A stretch of 16,863 bases of DNA. Source: a candidate division WOR-3 bacterium. Its GTDB lineage: Bacteria > Hydrothermota > Tepidihabitantia > SM23-42 > CAYGYG01. This document shows, in pieces, positions 16,201 to 16,863 of the stretch. The translations under genes were made by a program, and so were the position numbers. How positions within the stretch are numbered: the stretch's first letter is position 1; every line of letters starts with the position of its first letter. The DNA lies in NCBI GenBank assembly GCA_965648915.1, contig CBFGIV010000051.1, positions 1 to 16,863 on the forward strand, written 5' to 3'. The notes under the pieces are model-generated. The model saw only the letters and a list, made by a program, of their open reading frames with translations, searched no databases and was not told the origin of the DNA.

Positions 16201-16863
16201 CAAAGGAGATATCACAATATTCAAACCTTGAAGTGTCATCAGGAGAGTAGTTGTTAATCTTTATCCCACACCAGCCTTTTGCTGAATCAAGTGCCGAAAA
16301 GATAACCGGATCCTCTTTTTTACCTGAGGCAACAATCCGACCACGATTGGCATAGCCACTATAGTTGGCAATGAGCTGGGTGGAATCTTCAAAAAATAGT
16401 TTAACGCCGGGTTTGATACCAAGTGTTGCACAAGACAAAAAGTCTCGGGCACCAATCGTATGAAAATAGTCGTATCGACCACCGTGCTTCAAAAAGTAGT
16501 ATGAAACCCCAGTATCTACCAACTCGCCACTATCCCAACGATAGGTCGGTAAGAAAGAGATGGTGTTTGTTTTATTACCAATAAATGAGTTGCCGGCGAT
16601 AGATTTAAAAGCACTGAAACTCATCAAAATTAAAGAATCATTATCCTCAAAAGAACAGAAGTCAAAAACAATACTCGACCAAAAGGTCTCGGTTCTATTT
16701 ACCGTCTCTTTATATATCCAGGTCCCACATTTGATGAACCTCGAATTTTTAATAATAATCGGTGCGGTCCAGGCATAACTATAAATCACTGCACTATCTA
16801 AACCTGCCGCTTCAATAAGACAATGCTCCAAGATTAAAGAATCAGGCGGGTCGTAGCGAGATG
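13265..16863 (-). CDS. Large secreted/surface protein (5'-truncated): right-handed beta-helix repeats, BNR/propeller-like region and T9SS-like C-terminal domain
   Basis: The frame stays open from TTG 16831 to the window edge (SRYDPPDSLILEHC...), so the real start is outside the window. Parallel beta-helix patterns (IKNSRF, IKGNQFIDN, LYQNNITQN), cap motif SNWWGDITGP...GRGDSIGDYIIYRPWL, YTFSTDKGDAW, and C-terminal VYPNPAKG...IYDILGRLV...PCGIYF...KVILIR. Confidence 0.85.
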   Translation of the reverse strand, partial: SRYDPPDSLILEHCLIEAAGLDSAVIYSYAWTAPIIIKNSRFIKCGTWIYKETVNRTETFWSSIVFDFCSFEDNDSLILMSFSAFKSIAGNSFIGNKTNTISFLPTYRWDSGELVDTGVSYYFLKHGGRYDYFHTIGARDFLSCATLGIKPGVKLFFEDSTQLIANYSGYANRGRIVASGKKEDPVIFSALDSAKGWCGIKINNYSPDDTSRFEYCDISFGGKLESPWQRDSANITLGDIHTPFVLKNSVIRNSFNYGFDFHGRYQNLSIIPEIKGNQFIDNRYYPLKLTSNCLREFSGNTFASNCSSAVLIIPDVRINKSLVWHNQGVPYIIAPYRLTGNHLNISGRADTTVLVEIESGNVLKFGPSTYFKIDDLGSVKVRGVTFTSYPSCSLWSGIRFHNARPEISIIDRSLIENTGWYTNGGININNKTCLRLLNSSITKNDNGVVIDNVDQYNDTPYVHLYQNNITQNREYGLWIRNWSWYVPTCSLIIKLNDISANRVGMISSTGNAQRVIRADSNWWGDITGPYDPSNLPPDHNPSGRGDSIGDYIIYRPWLRGPILPILMVSRDFDATGFGRKLAYFRDTLHLVFASNDSVIYTFSTDKGDAWQACRYIGQGKYPAIFLDKNGEPGLLFGRWVPDETDSLKGYQRLFFAKRFNRRVWKDTCLFSTGRISRPVEELVVPKPSAGISSSDTVSVLWVSHYQEDLFADYCGSFALDNIGSFRYDTLGTQLHPEFACHSLVLDDSDIVHVVWEKWSVGQSEIFYQFKKQGVWSPRENIASGLYPNLDHFSNRLYSVWDEWTGELRHSIRFRQKGIPDSWSDTMTVYGPFFWRFWSYPVISGWYSVWGDSNIYFSRFNGHNWGPRDTISTTLTNARFPQALFNQTNSDSLLFVLWTEGKTLPYDIKFRKRVVPRVPSFYADCGESIQSSYCLRRKGFIRFGPEPYKSVDYDNRYLRYGFNLDQNKAYRIDLSYYFEFPKSEIFDTGDNSLEAESLSIYPSPYPSKGDGIQRQSLINGISDDKDSIYTLVQLLKVDGVPLDLSYVKPYELKRVTIFIPDSLYADGEIIVDIDKVKRRYVVCGEISIYEFEREKREGFARGAQGGEVLNIPYKLFFGPVYPNPAKGMIRIRYGLNRSLKVKIVIYDILGRLVKKIKEKTEPAGLYEVVWDAKALPCGIYFIRFETAKLQKTRKVILIR

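Noticed and set aside
1101..16778. Numerous 60-160 aa overlapping or antisense ORFs in the supplied track
   Set aside because: All lie within well-supported genes, and I see no recognisable motifs or convincing expression signals. They are treated as shadow ORFs.
1..16863. CRISPR array, tRNA (including tRNA-Sec), rRNA, riboswitch, transposase or integrase
   Set aside because: Intergenic regions are short and largely explained by promoters and operators. I saw no spaced repeats, cloverleaf or recombinase motifs.

Overview
Bacterial, diderm (FCB-like, possibly candidate division WOR-3; the taxonomy is inference). Gene order: 5' end of an unknown gene running off the left edge (-); an arginine cluster argR, argG, class III PLP aminotransferase, argH (+), with ARG boxes over tandem promoters; a secreted beta-propeller protein with a T9SS/FlgD-like C-terminal domain (-); an operon of M29-type aminopeptidase, Omp85 (TamA-like) and TamB (+); an iron-sulfur flavoprotein-like gene (-); and a large beta-helix protein with a similar C-terminal domain running off the right edge (-). 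Main finding: the ORFs at 5478..6257 and 5118..5432 are one reading frame interrupted by a single in-frame TGA in a U-T-S-C (UxxC) context, followed by RNA hairpins. This makes a candidate secreted selenoprotein of 379 aa. Second finding: all seven sigma70-like promoters I can identify have a 16-bp spacer, and three of them appear to drive leaderless mRNAs.
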